DNA of 64,000 nt from Chrysomallon squamiferum (lineage: Eukaryota; Animalia; Mollusca): assembly GCA_012295275.1 (NCBI GenBank), contig CM022668.1, forward strand, positions 12,958,001 to 13,022,000, written 5' to 3'. A program made the position numbers and the translations under genes. Numbering within the stretch: the first letter of the stretch is position 1; every line of letters starts with the position of its first letter. Below, piece after piece: positions 51,921 to 64,000 of the stretch. The notes under the pieces were generated by a model. That model saw only the letters and a program-made list of their open reading frames with translations. It ran no database searches and was not told where the DNA came from.

Positions 51921-52631
51921 ATGTGATTAACACACAAGGACTGACTGCTGCAGCTGTCTGAGTCTAGGAAGGTCTCACTTGCTGCTTGTCTCTGTACAGC
52001 TCAGGCACTACTTGGATTTCATTGGCAATTAATTGATCTTTTCACTAACGTGCCTCAGTTGATTTCATTCTATTGATTACACGCCACTGTTTAGCTTTAC
52101 ACCAGACAGGTAGTCACATCATCGGCATCACACACACACGCTGCTGGCTGCAACGTGTTGAACAACAGCGCTGAATTTGTTATATCGTAGAGCATCGTTT
52201 TGAATGAATGTGCATTTTGTGTGCGTGCGTTCCGTTGTTTGAATTTATTTTAATTATCGTCCCTTAATATTTTTTGTTAATATTTTATTATTTAATTTGA
52301 TTGTTTTTTTTGTTGTTTTTTTGTGCATTCATTCAAAGTGTGTTAGGATTTTAATAATTTTCCAGGCTGTCCATCCAAATTCTTCATTCATTCATCATTG
52401 CTGCTTCCTTTCCTTTCATGTATTTGCTGCATGGTTCTTAATAGCTGTCATTTTCTCTGTGTGTTTGTCTCTAATGTGTTTGAGTGGAAAATAAATGATT
52501 CCTTCCTTCCTTCCTTGCTTCCTATTATTTATTTTTCAGTTGAACAACATTTAATGTTTTAATTCACTTGTTGGGCGGTTTATTTTATGTTGCTTTTTCA
52601 TTGCCATGCTGTAGGTTTAATGTTGATTATG

Positions 52632-52634
<3 letters not shown>

Positions 52635-52694
<60 letters not shown>

Positions 52695-52912
52695 GAGAGA
52701 GTGAGAGAGAGAGAGAGAATGAGAGAACGAGAGAGAGAGTATGAGAGAGAGTGAGAGAGAGAGTTAGAGAGAGAGAGAAAGGGTATGAGCAAGAGAGAGA
52801 GAGAGAGGGTATGAAAGAAAGAGAGATAGAGAGAGAGAGAAAGAGAGAAAGGGTATGAGAGAGATAGAGAGAGAGAACGAGATAGAGAGAGTATGAGAGA
52901 GAAAGAGAGAGA
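52635..52912. repeat. (GA)n polypurine tract
   Basis: Directly visible. Confidence 0.97.
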
Positions 52913-53985
52913 AAATGATTGACTGAAGATCTGAAAATGAGTGATAGAAAGCCATACAGACATAGGAAGAGGGAAAGAAACAAATGAACAAAACAAAAAA
53001 AAAAAAAAAAAGAGATAAAAATCAGCATAAGACAAAATGCATAAGATAACACACAAATCCATTGAAGGAAAATTCCACTGTCTTAAGAAGAGCGCAGATT
53101 TGTGCCTCTCTCTAAAATAAACCCAAGAAGCAATGTATGTCTCTGAACTCTTATGTCAGCCTGTAATTACCACAGAATGACGAATGCTTCTGCTTTTTTT
53201 TTTTTACATAAGTGCATTTAAAAGACTAATTTCTGCTATTAGCCAGCTCCAGCATGATTGTTAGAGGCAGCGAATTCGATTTTCTTTGCCCCAGTTTGGT
53301 TATTTTTAAACTTTTTTTCTTCTGTTACTCGATTTCTGATATGTCCAATTATGATAAGAGACTCTACTGCTGAGAAATGGTGACTTAAAAAAAGAATCTC
53401 ACTGCTGCTGTTTTGAGGAAAAGTAGTTTTAATTTTAAAGGAGTGACTCAATGTCTTCTGGGTCGAAAGGAAATGTAATTGTGTATAATTGTTTGTGATC
53501 TCTGGAAATGAATATAGGTGGGGTTTTTGTGTTTTTTTTGAGTTTCTTGTCCTTTCTTCCTTTTTTTCCCCCAGTCTTTCTGTCTTTTTGTCTTTCTTTC
53601 AGTTTAATAGTTTTTGTTTTTCACTATGTTTTGTTTGTTCTGCATATTTTACGTTTTAATAATGGGATTAACATTTTCATAATGTTACAAGTTTTGTTTA
53701 TTTTTATATTTGAAATTATTGTGTTGTTTACATTGAACTGTGCTGGGTTGTATTTCATAAGGAAATAAATCTCAATTTTTGTAAATATAGATCAATGAAC
53801 CAACCAACCAAATAACCAATCAATCAATCAGTCAATAAATAAATCAATAAATAAATAAATAAATCATTATGTAAACCACATTAATAAATAAATAAAAGAA
53901 AATAAATCCTGAAAAGAAAAAAATAATAATAAATACAAAAAGATGAACAATAATTGTATAAATAAATAAATAAATAAATAAATAA

Positions 53986-54028
<43 letters not shown>

Positions 54029-54661
54029 TGTGTTATAGATCTGAAAGTTTAAGCATGTTTTTCTTTGGGAGGATAAAATACAATAGCTAGGGTTTTAAGC
54101 ATAGTTAGTACATTTTTGAGTTAAAGAACTTATATTCTAGTTGATCTGGGATTTTTAAATCTACTTCTAATCAGAGCATATTTGTCTTTGGTATATAAGA
54201 CTTGGATTATATACATAAGACAATGCTTGTGTAATAGGGAATTATAGGGAATTCATAATGAAATGGTCTTGCATTTTCAAATTAGTCATCTGTTTCGTAA
54301 TACTCTTATAACCAGTAAATATTTAATGGAAAAATATTATCTGTGGCAAATAATACAAACAGTAGTTTAAATAAACACACACACGCACACACACGTCTAA
54401 GAATATTAGTAAGATAGTGATAAGCTGCTGGAGGATTATAGAGAATTCATGATGCAGTTGAATGTCTCTTGGGCTTGTAATACAGTAGCCTTTGTTGTGT
54501 ATACAAAATGCTATTAATGTTTGTATGTTAGGGAAGAGATAGTGTAATGGTTTTACATTCTTATCACATTAACTGGGGTTAAAAACCAGGACTAGGACAC
54601 AACTGTATCTGGCATTTATTTATTTATTTATTTATTTAATTTATTTATTTATTTATTTTTA

Positions 54662-54692
<31 letters not shown>

Positions 54693-55946
54693 TTTTTTTT
54701 TTTTTTTCACATTACTTGACATCGTGTTGCCGAATGCAGCCAAAAACGCTTGCATGCCACAACAGCATCATTCCCCCAGCCACGGTGATCAATACACCCT
54801 GCCCCATCAGCATCACTGACGTTTGCTGCGCACACACCATGACGATGTTGTTATCTCGCAATTACATTAAACTATAACCGACGTTCCCCCGTGGCTTGTG
54901 CGGAGCCACACAAGAACAATGTGGAGGTTGCGCATGATGGGCCGTTGCTGTAGTCGACTGTTTATGCGTGGATGCGATGCTGTGGTGTGCGCTTGGCTTA
55001 GATGTCTCTGACCGTCCTCCCAGATCAATATCTGTGCTAATCAAGCGATTTAGACAAGTGGTTTAGCATGCACATTTATTCATTGAATTACAACAGGCAG
55101 ATGGCTGTGTATTCTGCCAGTCATAAAGGAGAGAGAGAGAGAGAGAGAGAGAGGCTTAGTACTGAGGGTACAGAACCTTGTCATATCTAGACTGCAGCTT
55201 AGGTACAGATGTTTATCATTACGTTTATCATTTTTTTTTTTATTCAAATTACACCGTCACAGATATAGATTTATGTAATTACATTTATTATTTTGATGTA
55301 AGTTATGATGGAGGGTTAGATTATGATACCGATTTATGCAGATATATTTTGGTTTGAATTTTTTTTGGTGGATGTTATCTTAGAGTAAGTATAGATTTGT
55401 GTAATTGTGTTTATAATTTATGTAAATCTATGATGTCAGATAAAACAAGGTGTAGATTTTTGAAATTATATTTATAATTTTATTTAAATTATTTTATCAC
55501 ATTACATCCAGATTTACATTTGTAAGGTTACATTTATGTCACCATAGACAAGTTATTTTTTATAATTCGATATAAATTGTAATGTCTCATTAAAATAGAT
55601 ACAGATTAATAAGATTACATTTATCATTCATTTTAAATTACTTTAGTCTTGTATAGATTTGTTTCATGGTATTGACCACTGATTTAAATTATCATGTTGC
55701 TATTAAGACAATGTATTGCTTTTAGTTTGGACTGAGGTGAAAGATCAGTGATATTTTATAACTAATACAGGATCAATTCAGCATAATTTCACTCACTGGA
55801 TTATTTCCCATTCTCACCTTGCTCTGTGACTCATTTGTCAAAGGTTGTGGTAGATATTTTTGTTCAGTGGGAGGGTACAAAGGAAAAATCCTGTTTTGCT
55901 AATTGATAAAGGTATCAGGATAACCAGTTTTTGTTCTTGTCTTGTA

Positions 55947-55977
<31 letters not shown>

Positions 55978-56279
55978 TATTATTAACTATATTATTATTA
56001 TTATTAATATTGTCATTACTGTACTTGAAATGTGATTAAATCTCTAATAATTATTAATAAAATTATAATTTATTGATTGGTTTTGTTTCTGGTTCAGTTA
56101 AACTACAAAAGTCATATGTTCCCATGAACACAGTATTTAGATTAAAACAATTCATGTCCAAATTCATATTATTTCAGTAATCTTAAATAATAATAATATT
56201 ATTATTATTACTGAAATACACTGATGCAGAGTTTATTACAAAACAGTTCAGTTCAAATACTTGATTGGTAGTATGTATA

Positions 56280-56291
56280 TGTGTATATGTT

Positions 56292-56335
<44 letters not shown>

Positions 56336-56518
56336 ATTGTGTGTGTGTTTGTGAGATTGTGTGTGTGTGTGTAAGATTGTGTGTGTGTGTGTATGTGTGT
56401 GAGATTGTGTGTGTATGTGTGTGAGATTGTGTGTGTGTGTGTGTGAGATTGTGTGTGTGTGTGTGAGAGATTGTGTGTGTGTGTGTATGTGTGTGAGATT
56501 GTGTGTGTGTGCAAGTGA

Positions 56519-56550
<32 letters not shown>
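56280..56550. repeat. (GT)n punctuated by GAGATT
   Basis: gtgagattgtgtgt repeated ~10 times. Confidence 0.95.
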
Positions 56551-56552
<2 letters not shown>

Positions 56553-56671
56553 AAACATATATGACACAGTATATGTATTAAAACAATTCATTAACCCATA
56601 CACATTCATTTACATATGTGTGCATTAAAAACAGTTAATTACCCACACAATGAGTAAACCATCTTGCACAT

Positions 56672-56703
<32 letters not shown>

Positions 56704-57089
56704 TTGAAATGATACGACCTATATAAAACTAGTTTCGTATTAAAACAATTCATTAAAAATTCCAGTTTTGCTTGCCGAGTGGGTCTAATAACGAGGCGAT
56801 TGTGTTGAAAATCTATAACGCACGTCCCTCAAGGATTATTTAATACCTGGTATGTCACGGAATCAAGTTGTATAAATGTACAAAGAGTGCCGAGTTTGTA
56901 GTTTCAGTTTGCAGCAGGGAGGGGCTGCCGGGGAAAACGATGCCTCCAGTGTGTTCGCATTAATCGGATCCACGCGATGTGGAAGAAGTTCAGAGACGGA
57001 TTAAGTTGAGAATTTGCGTTTTAAGCTGGATATTGTCTTAAGTGAGATCGTTGAATAAGAATTAAATGTCAGAGATGTGTTAGGTGTTT

Positions 57090-57565
57090 CAGATGTATTA
57101 TGTATAAAAAGTGTGTTTAAGGGAGACTTTGTATTGTTTAAAGGACTTACAAAAGTCTGATCTTTTTTTTTTTTTTTTTTTAAACTTAAGTTGTTTGGAA
57201 GTTTTAGAATATGAATTGAGTTTATTTAAAGTGGTCTTTGTTGTGTGTTTAAAGGAATTACAAAAGTCTGGGTTTTTTTTTTATATGTTAAATATCTTGG
57301 AAGTTTTGTAGTCTGAATTAAAGTGTTTAAAATAGTCTTTGTATGTGGAGTGGTATTATAAAAGTGTATTGTTTATATTAAGTATTTTGGATGTATTAGA
57401 ATCTGAATTGAGTATAGGGGTATTTAAGGTAGACTTTTTGTCATTTAAAGGACTTACAAAAGTCAGATTTCTTTATATTAAGTAATTTGGAAGTTTTAGA
57501 ATATGAATTAAATATATTTAAAGTGGTCTTTGTATGTTTAATTGTTTTAATAAAGGTCTGATTTT
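57090..57565. repeat. Degenerate ~110-125-bp tandem repeat, ~4 copies
   Basis: Recurrent tttaaaggacttacaaaagtc...ttggaagttttagaatatgaatt. Confidence 0.8.
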
Positions 57566-58115
57566 TACAGAGAAAAGTTTGTGTGTTGACTGTCAGTTTG
57601 GATTCACATCAATACTTGGATTTTTTTTAATCTTACACTCTTGATCTAAGTTACATTGTAATTGAAAGATTAAAACCAAAATTAATATTGAATGGGACAT
57701 TGATATGTTAGATAAAACCAACAAAGTCCAAAAATATAACATCATGGATTAAAAAAAACTCTTCTTATTGTTTATTTAAAGAGGACAACACATGGAAAGA
57801 ACGTTTGTGTCGAGTTATTTAATAACATGGTTCTAAGTGTTTTGATTTTTTTAAAATCTATCTTTGGATTATTTAATTTCTCTGGTTTTCACTGAAAACA
57901 TGATTTGTTGTTGAAGAAATGAAGAGAAGGATATAACAGCAAATGTACTGTCATGATGTATCTATTAGTATGACATTGATCAATGTCTGTGTGTAAATTT
58001 CACCTTAAAGAAAGGAGCACCAGAGAAAAATGAAGAACAGTAAGGTAGGTATTATGAAAATAAATTTAAAGGAAGGAGAGAGAAAAAGAGAGAGAAAGAA
58101 AGAGACAGTGAGACA

Positions 58116-58160
<45 letters not shown>

Positions 58161-58229
58161 TTAGAGGTTACTATTAGAGGTATAATTATTATTAATTGTT
58201 TTGCATAATGTCTATAGTTATCAACAGTG

Positions 58230-59410
58230 GTCTTTACCATAATTAATACTGGTCTGTATAGTTGTTAATAATGGTCTAAACAGTTGTTATTAGTTGTCTA
58301 GATACAGTGGTCTATACTGTTGTTATTATTAGTTGTCTGTACCTTTATTATTAATGGTCTAAACAGTTATTATTAGTTGTCTTGCATGTAGTCTAAATAA
58401 TAATTATTAGTGGTCTATACAGTTACTATTAATGGTCTAAACAGTTATTATTGCTTGTCTAGATACAGTGGTCTTCACAGTTATTATTAGTTGTCTTGCA
58501 TATAGTCTATATAATTATTATTAGTGGTCTATACGGTTACTATTAAAGGTTTAAACAGTTACTATTAGTGATCTTGCATGTTATTCAGTTACACAGTTAT
58601 TATTAAAGGTCTGTACTATTATTATATTAGTGGTGTTATTCAGTTATACAGTTATTATTAAAGGTCTGTACTATTATTATTATTAGTGGTGTTATTCAGT
58701 TATACAGTTATTATTAAAGGTCTGTACTATTATTATTATTAGTGGTGTTCAGTTATACAGTTATTATTAAAGGTCTGTACTATTATTATTAGTGGTGTTA
58801 TTCAGTTATTATTAAAGGTCTTTACTATTATTATTAGTGGTGTTATTCAGTTACACAGTTATTATTAAAGGTCTGTACTATTGTTATTAGTGGTGTTATT
58901 CAGTTATTATTAAAGGTCTTTACTATTATTATTAGTGGTGTTATTCAGTTACACAGTTATTATTAAAGGTCTGTACTATTATTATTATTAGTGGTGTTAT
59001 TCAGTTACACAGTTATTATTAAAGGTCTGTACTATTATTATTATTAATGGTGTTATTCAGTTATACAGTTATTATTAAAGGTCTGTACTACTATTATTAC
59101 TATTATTAGTGGTGTTATACAGTTATTATTAAAGGTCTGTACTGCTATTATTACTATTATTAGTGGTGTTATACAGTTATTATTAAAGGTACTATTATTA
59201 TTACTATTATTAGTGGTGTTATACAGTTATTATTAAAGGTCTGTACTGCTATTATTACTATTATTAGTGGTGTTATACAGTTATTATTAAAGGTCTGTAC
59301 TATTATTATTAGTGGTGTTATACAGTTATTATTAAAGGTCTGTACTGCTATTATTACTATTATTAGTGGTGTTATGCAGTTATTATTAAAGGTACTATTA
59401 TTATTAGTGT
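58230..59410. repeat. ~45-60-bp AT-rich minisatellite with variable (ATT)n
   Basis: Unit cagttattattaaaggtctgtactattattattagtggtgttatt; older diverged copies at 58230-58580. Confidence 0.95.
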
Positions 59411-59564
59411 TCTAAGTGCTCACTAACCTATGTGATCTATTAGTGATATCAGCTAAAGCCCATGCAGTTATGAGGGAGGACTGTGGAGGTCTGTGGTTCA
59501 GATGCTGGATTGTGTTCTTAATGAGGTCTGACGAAAAAAATCTATAACTGCAGCCTCTGTAGAG

Positions 59565-59579
59565 ATGAACAGATACCTG
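59565..59579 (+). CDS. Candidate alternative ORP start exon (MNRYL)
   Basis: GAGATG AAC AGA TAC CTG|GTATGT, a strong phase-0 donor compatible with exon 62827. Confidence 0.3.
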
Positions 59580-59693
59580 GTATGTGCCTTCACACACGAG
59601 TTAATGTCATCACACTGTTGATTGCATTTTCCCTTGTCTTTACTGCTTCTGAAGATCCGATGAAGCAGAATTAATTCACCCTATTTTTATTTT

Positions 59694-59724
<31 letters not shown>

Positions 59725-60087
59725 ATTTGGTACGGAAGTAATGTAGAGTAGTGATGTGTTTTGGTCATGTGTAACAGTATGTTAAGTGTGTTTGGTTTTT
59801 TTTTTGGTTGTTTTTTTTGGAAATGAAATTGATGAGTTGTATTGTTGAATGATGTAATTTAATTTTGAAATGAGGAAGTCATTGAGAAGTGATGTTAAAT
59901 TAATAACGAAGAAGAAATGTTTGTGAAATATTAATTTTTGACGAAAAGTTGTTCGGTAAATTATGTTTGAAATTGAAATTTGCAGTGAAATTGTTAAAAA
60001 TTTTTTTTTTTAAATTAGTTGAATCTGTAAGTGTCTCTCATAATTATTATTCTTTTTTTTAATATTCCTGTATACTCTGACAGACAC

Positions 60088-60197
<110 letters not shown>

Positions 60198-60967
60198 GTC
60201 ATTTTATTCTTTTTTCTTTGACTTATCCTTTCGCTATTTGTCTGCAGGTATATAGGTGTATGCAATATACGTACATACATATTTTAGTGACTGTGAAAGA
60301 AAAAGAGAAACAGAGAAAAGTGTGTGAATGAATTAAAAATAATAAAAATAGAGAGACAGAGAAATACAGAAAGCAAGAGAGAAAAAAGAGAAATAGAGAG
60401 AAAGACTGAATTTATTTTTCATGTTGATGTATAAAATGTACAATAAAGACCAAAAAAATAAATATAAAAATCTATATCTATATCTATCTGTTTATAATTA
60501 TCTATCTAAATATATATAAAATAAAAAATAAAAATAAAATAGAAATGAAAAAGTAAAAGTTCACTTTGATTTTTACTTCACTGGTGTGAATTATTAACAG
60601 GTCTATAAATAGACCACGCAGATCTCTGATCTTTGTTTGTCTGTCATAAAATATTTATCAGTTTTTGCTCTCAGGGTAACACTAATAGAATAATATATAA
60701 AATATTTATTTCTAGAATGGTTTTTCTTTACTTTTTATTTTTAAAAGAAATAATATTTATTTATTCATTTATTTGTTTTTATTTAGTAATATCTTTACTG
60801 TTTCATTTTTGAATTTTTTTTTTCTGAATTTTCTTTGTTTATTTGTATATTTTTTTTACTTATTTATCCTGATTTTCTCACAAACAAATACATACAGAAA
60901 TTGTCTCAGTGATTAGAAAAAAGTCCCACTTCAGTTCAGCTTATAAAATATATATATATATATATAG

Positions 60968-61018
<51 letters not shown>

Positions 61019-61554
61019 CGAAAAAGACTTGACTGATATTTGCATTCTCTCACACTTAAAGTGCACACTCAAATGTACTTTAAGACATAAAAAAAAAACT
61101 AAATAAAAAAGTACTAAATTACTCTTTCTAACCCAATTCGCAAATACTTCATACTGATTGTACGAAACAGGAACAAACAACAAATTTGTTGTAATTTGAT
61201 AGCCAGGAACCGTTCATGAATAGAAAAACAGGAGAAAATAATTCACACACAGTACAATAGCTGATGTCATTACCCAGGACTAGGTCAGTAATAAGGTTAG
61301 CTGGTAGAAAACTGCAACAAAGAACAGTTCAGATTAAGTTAAAAAAAAAAAAACCAAAAGAAAATAAATTTGTTTGTTGTAATTTGAATGCCGTTTTTCA
61401 TTTTTTTTTTCTAATTCTGATTAAACTTTAGGATTTTCTTTACAAGATTATTTTAATTAATTATTCTTTTTTTTCTTTTTTTTTTTGTTATAATAATTAT
61501 TTTTTAAATTAAAAATGTATAGTTCTTTAAAGAATTAATTTTTTTCTTGTTTTA

Positions 61555-61595
<41 letters not shown>

Positions 61596-62309
61596 TAGTT
61601 TTTAAAATCATTTCTTTTCTTTATTTTTTTATAAAATTTAAAAAGTTTAAATTTTTAAATGAGCCTCTACATTGTTTTTATAATGATAAACATTGGTAAT
61701 TTTCTTCCTGCTCTCTCTCTGTTTCTCAATTTCAATTAAATTATCTTTTTCTATTATACTTTTTATTTTGTTGTTGTAACAATTCATTTTCTTTTTCTTC
61801 TCAGTTGTATTTTAACTTCATACTTTAATAATAATAAAGTTAAAATGGATGTTTCTCTTACTCCTCATTTCTTAACAAAAATATGAGTGAACATCCAGTG
61901 TGTACAGAAGTCCCTTTAAGATACAGTTCTGCACAACATACTGTCAACTGTTGTGTATATCAAAATAATTTCTTACATAAAATCAGATACTACTCCCGTA
62001 TTTTACTTTCATATACAGTTTCCCCATGTTCTGTTGTACACATCTGTTTCTGATCTTTCAGGTGTAATAAAACATAAGTTACAGTATCTCCTAAGTCTAT
62101 CCCAAATTGTTTTAAAAGGAATTTTAATAGAAGTATAAAATTAAAAATTGGTTTAAATCTGTGTTTTTTTTGTCATCTGAACATTGATCAAGTTTGTTTT
62201 TGTGGTATAAAGTTTTATTGCAAGCATTTTAAAACAGTTCTCTTAAAATGAGAAAAAATGTTTTGATTATAAATACGTGTGTGTGTGTGTGTGTTTTTAT
62301 ATGAATTTT

Positions 62310-62823
62310 TATGATAATTATTATTATTACATTGTTGTTATTACTATATGTTAATCTTATTATCATCATCATCATTGTTGTTACTGATTTTGTTATCATC
62401 ATCATCATCTCATTATTATCACTATTATTATTGTTATTATTAGTATTATCATTATTACCATTATTACTGTTGCTATTATTATCATCATTATAATCATTAT
62501 CATCATTATTATCATTATTACTATTATTACTATCATTATTATTACTACTACTACTATTATTAATATCATTATTATTACTATTACTGTTACTATTGTTACT
62601 ATTATTATTATTGCTATTGTTATTATTATTACTACTATTATTACTATATTTACTATTACTATTATTATTATTATTAATATTATTACTACTACTACTACTA
62701 CTACTACTATTACTATTTTTACTATTATTATTTTTACTATTATTACTATTATTATTATTATTATCACTATAATTTCTATTATTATTACTATTATTACTAT
62801 TACTGTTATTGTTACTGTTATTA
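62310..62823. repeat. (ATT/ACT/ATC)n trinucleotide tract abutting the ORP acceptor
   Basis: ~510 nt of degenerate trinucleotide repeat ending at ttacag. Confidence 0.97.
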
Positions 62824-62826
62824 CAG

Positions 62827-63054
62827 GACTCTAACGAAGACAATGGGTCATTGTCCAGTTCGGCCATTGACAACGCCAGTGCAGCATCGGTCATCCAGAA
62901 ACCGAGCCCCCAGAAACGCAAGAACCGGAAGTCGCGGAGGGAGTGGGAGATACTGGAGGGGTTGAAGGGCACCCAAGTCTGTGAGGACAAGCCTGAAAAA
63001 TACCAAGGTTTTCTTCTCAAACGAAGAAAATGGCCGCTGAAAGGATGGCACAAG
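62827..63054 (+). CDS. OSBPL6: OSBPL3/6/7-family exon, start of PH domain
   Basis: EWEILEGLK...[22 protein letters not shown] matches human ORP6 SWEIIEGLK...[22 protein letters not shown]; TTACAG acceptor, AAG|GTGAAC donor; 228 nt. The paralog symbol within 3/6/7 is nominal. Confidence 0.93.
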
Positions 63055-63410
63055 GTGAACATGAACATTTTTCTAAAGGATTCACAGACACACCAACGCA
63101 CAGATGTGCATTCATACTCTCAGTGACTTGTCCGAAGTTATGTAAATCAGGGTTTTGAATGCAAAACTAAGATATTACAGTTAAAGAATTTTAAAAAAGT
63201 GTGTGTGTGTGTGTGTGTGTGTGTGTTTCCTTTCAAATTAGTAAAATTAATTTTTAACTAATTCTGATGTTTTTATAGTCTTCAAATGACAAAGGTGGTT
63301 TGTTGAGATATTTCTTTTTCCTTTTCTTTTTAAGCCCACTTTTTTTTATGTTCTTAAAATGTTTTAAATGATATATTAATCTCATTTCTTGTGGAATAAT
63401 GATATTTAAT

Positions 63411-63412
<2 letters not shown>

Positions 63413-63484
<72 letters not shown>

Positions 63485-63520
63485 CTTGTGTGTAAACATA
63501 CACACACACACACACACACA
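63413..63520. repeat. (CT)n plus (CA)n microsatellites
   Basis: Directly visible. Confidence 0.97.
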
Positions 63521-63655
63521 AATCTTTCTTTTCTTCTCTCATTCAATCTTAACCTTTCTCTCTCCTTTCCATTTTTTCCTTCCGTTTCTCCAACCACAGT
63601 TTTCTGGTTTTTTTTGTTTTTAATGTATTTATAAAATATTAATTTTTCTTTTCAG

Positions 63656-63709
63656 CGATTTTTTGTTCTCGAGAAAGGAATACTGACGTATGCAAAGAAT
63701 CCACATGAT
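63656..63709 (+). CDS. OSBPL6: OSBPL3/6/7-family PH-domain exon (RFFVLEKGILTYAKNPHD); gene continues past the window
   Basis: Matches human RFFVLDNGMLKYSKAPLD; TTTTCAG acceptor, GAT|GTAAGC donor; 54 nt, phase 0-0. Confidence 0.93.
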
Positions 63710-64000
63710 GTAAGCTTGGCTCGCTCTTAATTTATTTATTTTCACTGCAAATAGAATGTGATAATGCAGCTTGATAATGATGTTCTAATCGAATAGCAGT
63801 TGTTTAATTCATTTATTAGCCAGAAAAATAGAATAAGTATTGAATTAGAAGCTGAAAGTTAAAAAAGATAAAAAAAAAAAAAATATTCAGTATCTAAAAA
63901 TACAGTTAAGGTAGCTTTTTAAATGCTTTTCAAACAGGTTGAAAATAAGATAAATATTCATTTATTTATTTATTTGTGCAAATTACTGAATATAAAAATG

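Noticed and set aside
54919-55011. 30-codon ORF containing MGRCCS (lipidation-like motif) as an alternative ORP N-terminus
   Set aside because: It ends in TGA with no good phase-0 donor, so it cannot be joined to the PH exon.
62229-63101. 290-aa minus-strand poly-Asn ORF
   Set aside because: It is the antisense of the ORP exon plus the (ATT)n tract; the plus strand carries the conserved PH-domain coding.

Overview
AT-rich, microsatellite-dense eukaryotic genomic DNA from an invertebrate animal (mollusc/lophotrochozoan-like, which is inference). Nearly all ORFs in the supplied track are repeat artefacts, so I rebuilt the real genes from splice signals. The window holds two head-to-head genes sharing a CpG-containing promoter region (~24.3-26.5 kb). 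(1) A complete 13-coding-exon WAC orthologue on the minus strand (ATG 24390, TGA 9593, 1758 nt, 585 aa, all introns GT-AG and phase-consistent), with MVMHARK N-terminus, WW domain, polyQ and C-terminal coiled coil. (2) The 5' part of an OSBPL3/6/7-family (ORP) gene on the plus strand, with a first coding exon at 34728-34844 and PH-domain exons at 62827-63054 and 63656-63709; the gene continues beyond the window. The ORP introns carry a decayed DIRS-type retrotransposon, a Tc1/mariner-type MITE, a tRNA-SINE-like fragment, many minisatellites and an inverted-plus-direct duplication. The most unusual feature is a tandem array built from the 3' end and splice donor of the ORP first coding exon: its copies keep an in-frame 30/42-nt coding block with many synonymous changes and may be nascent cassette microexons. 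I found no supportable rRNA, tRNA, CRISPR array or prokaryotic system.
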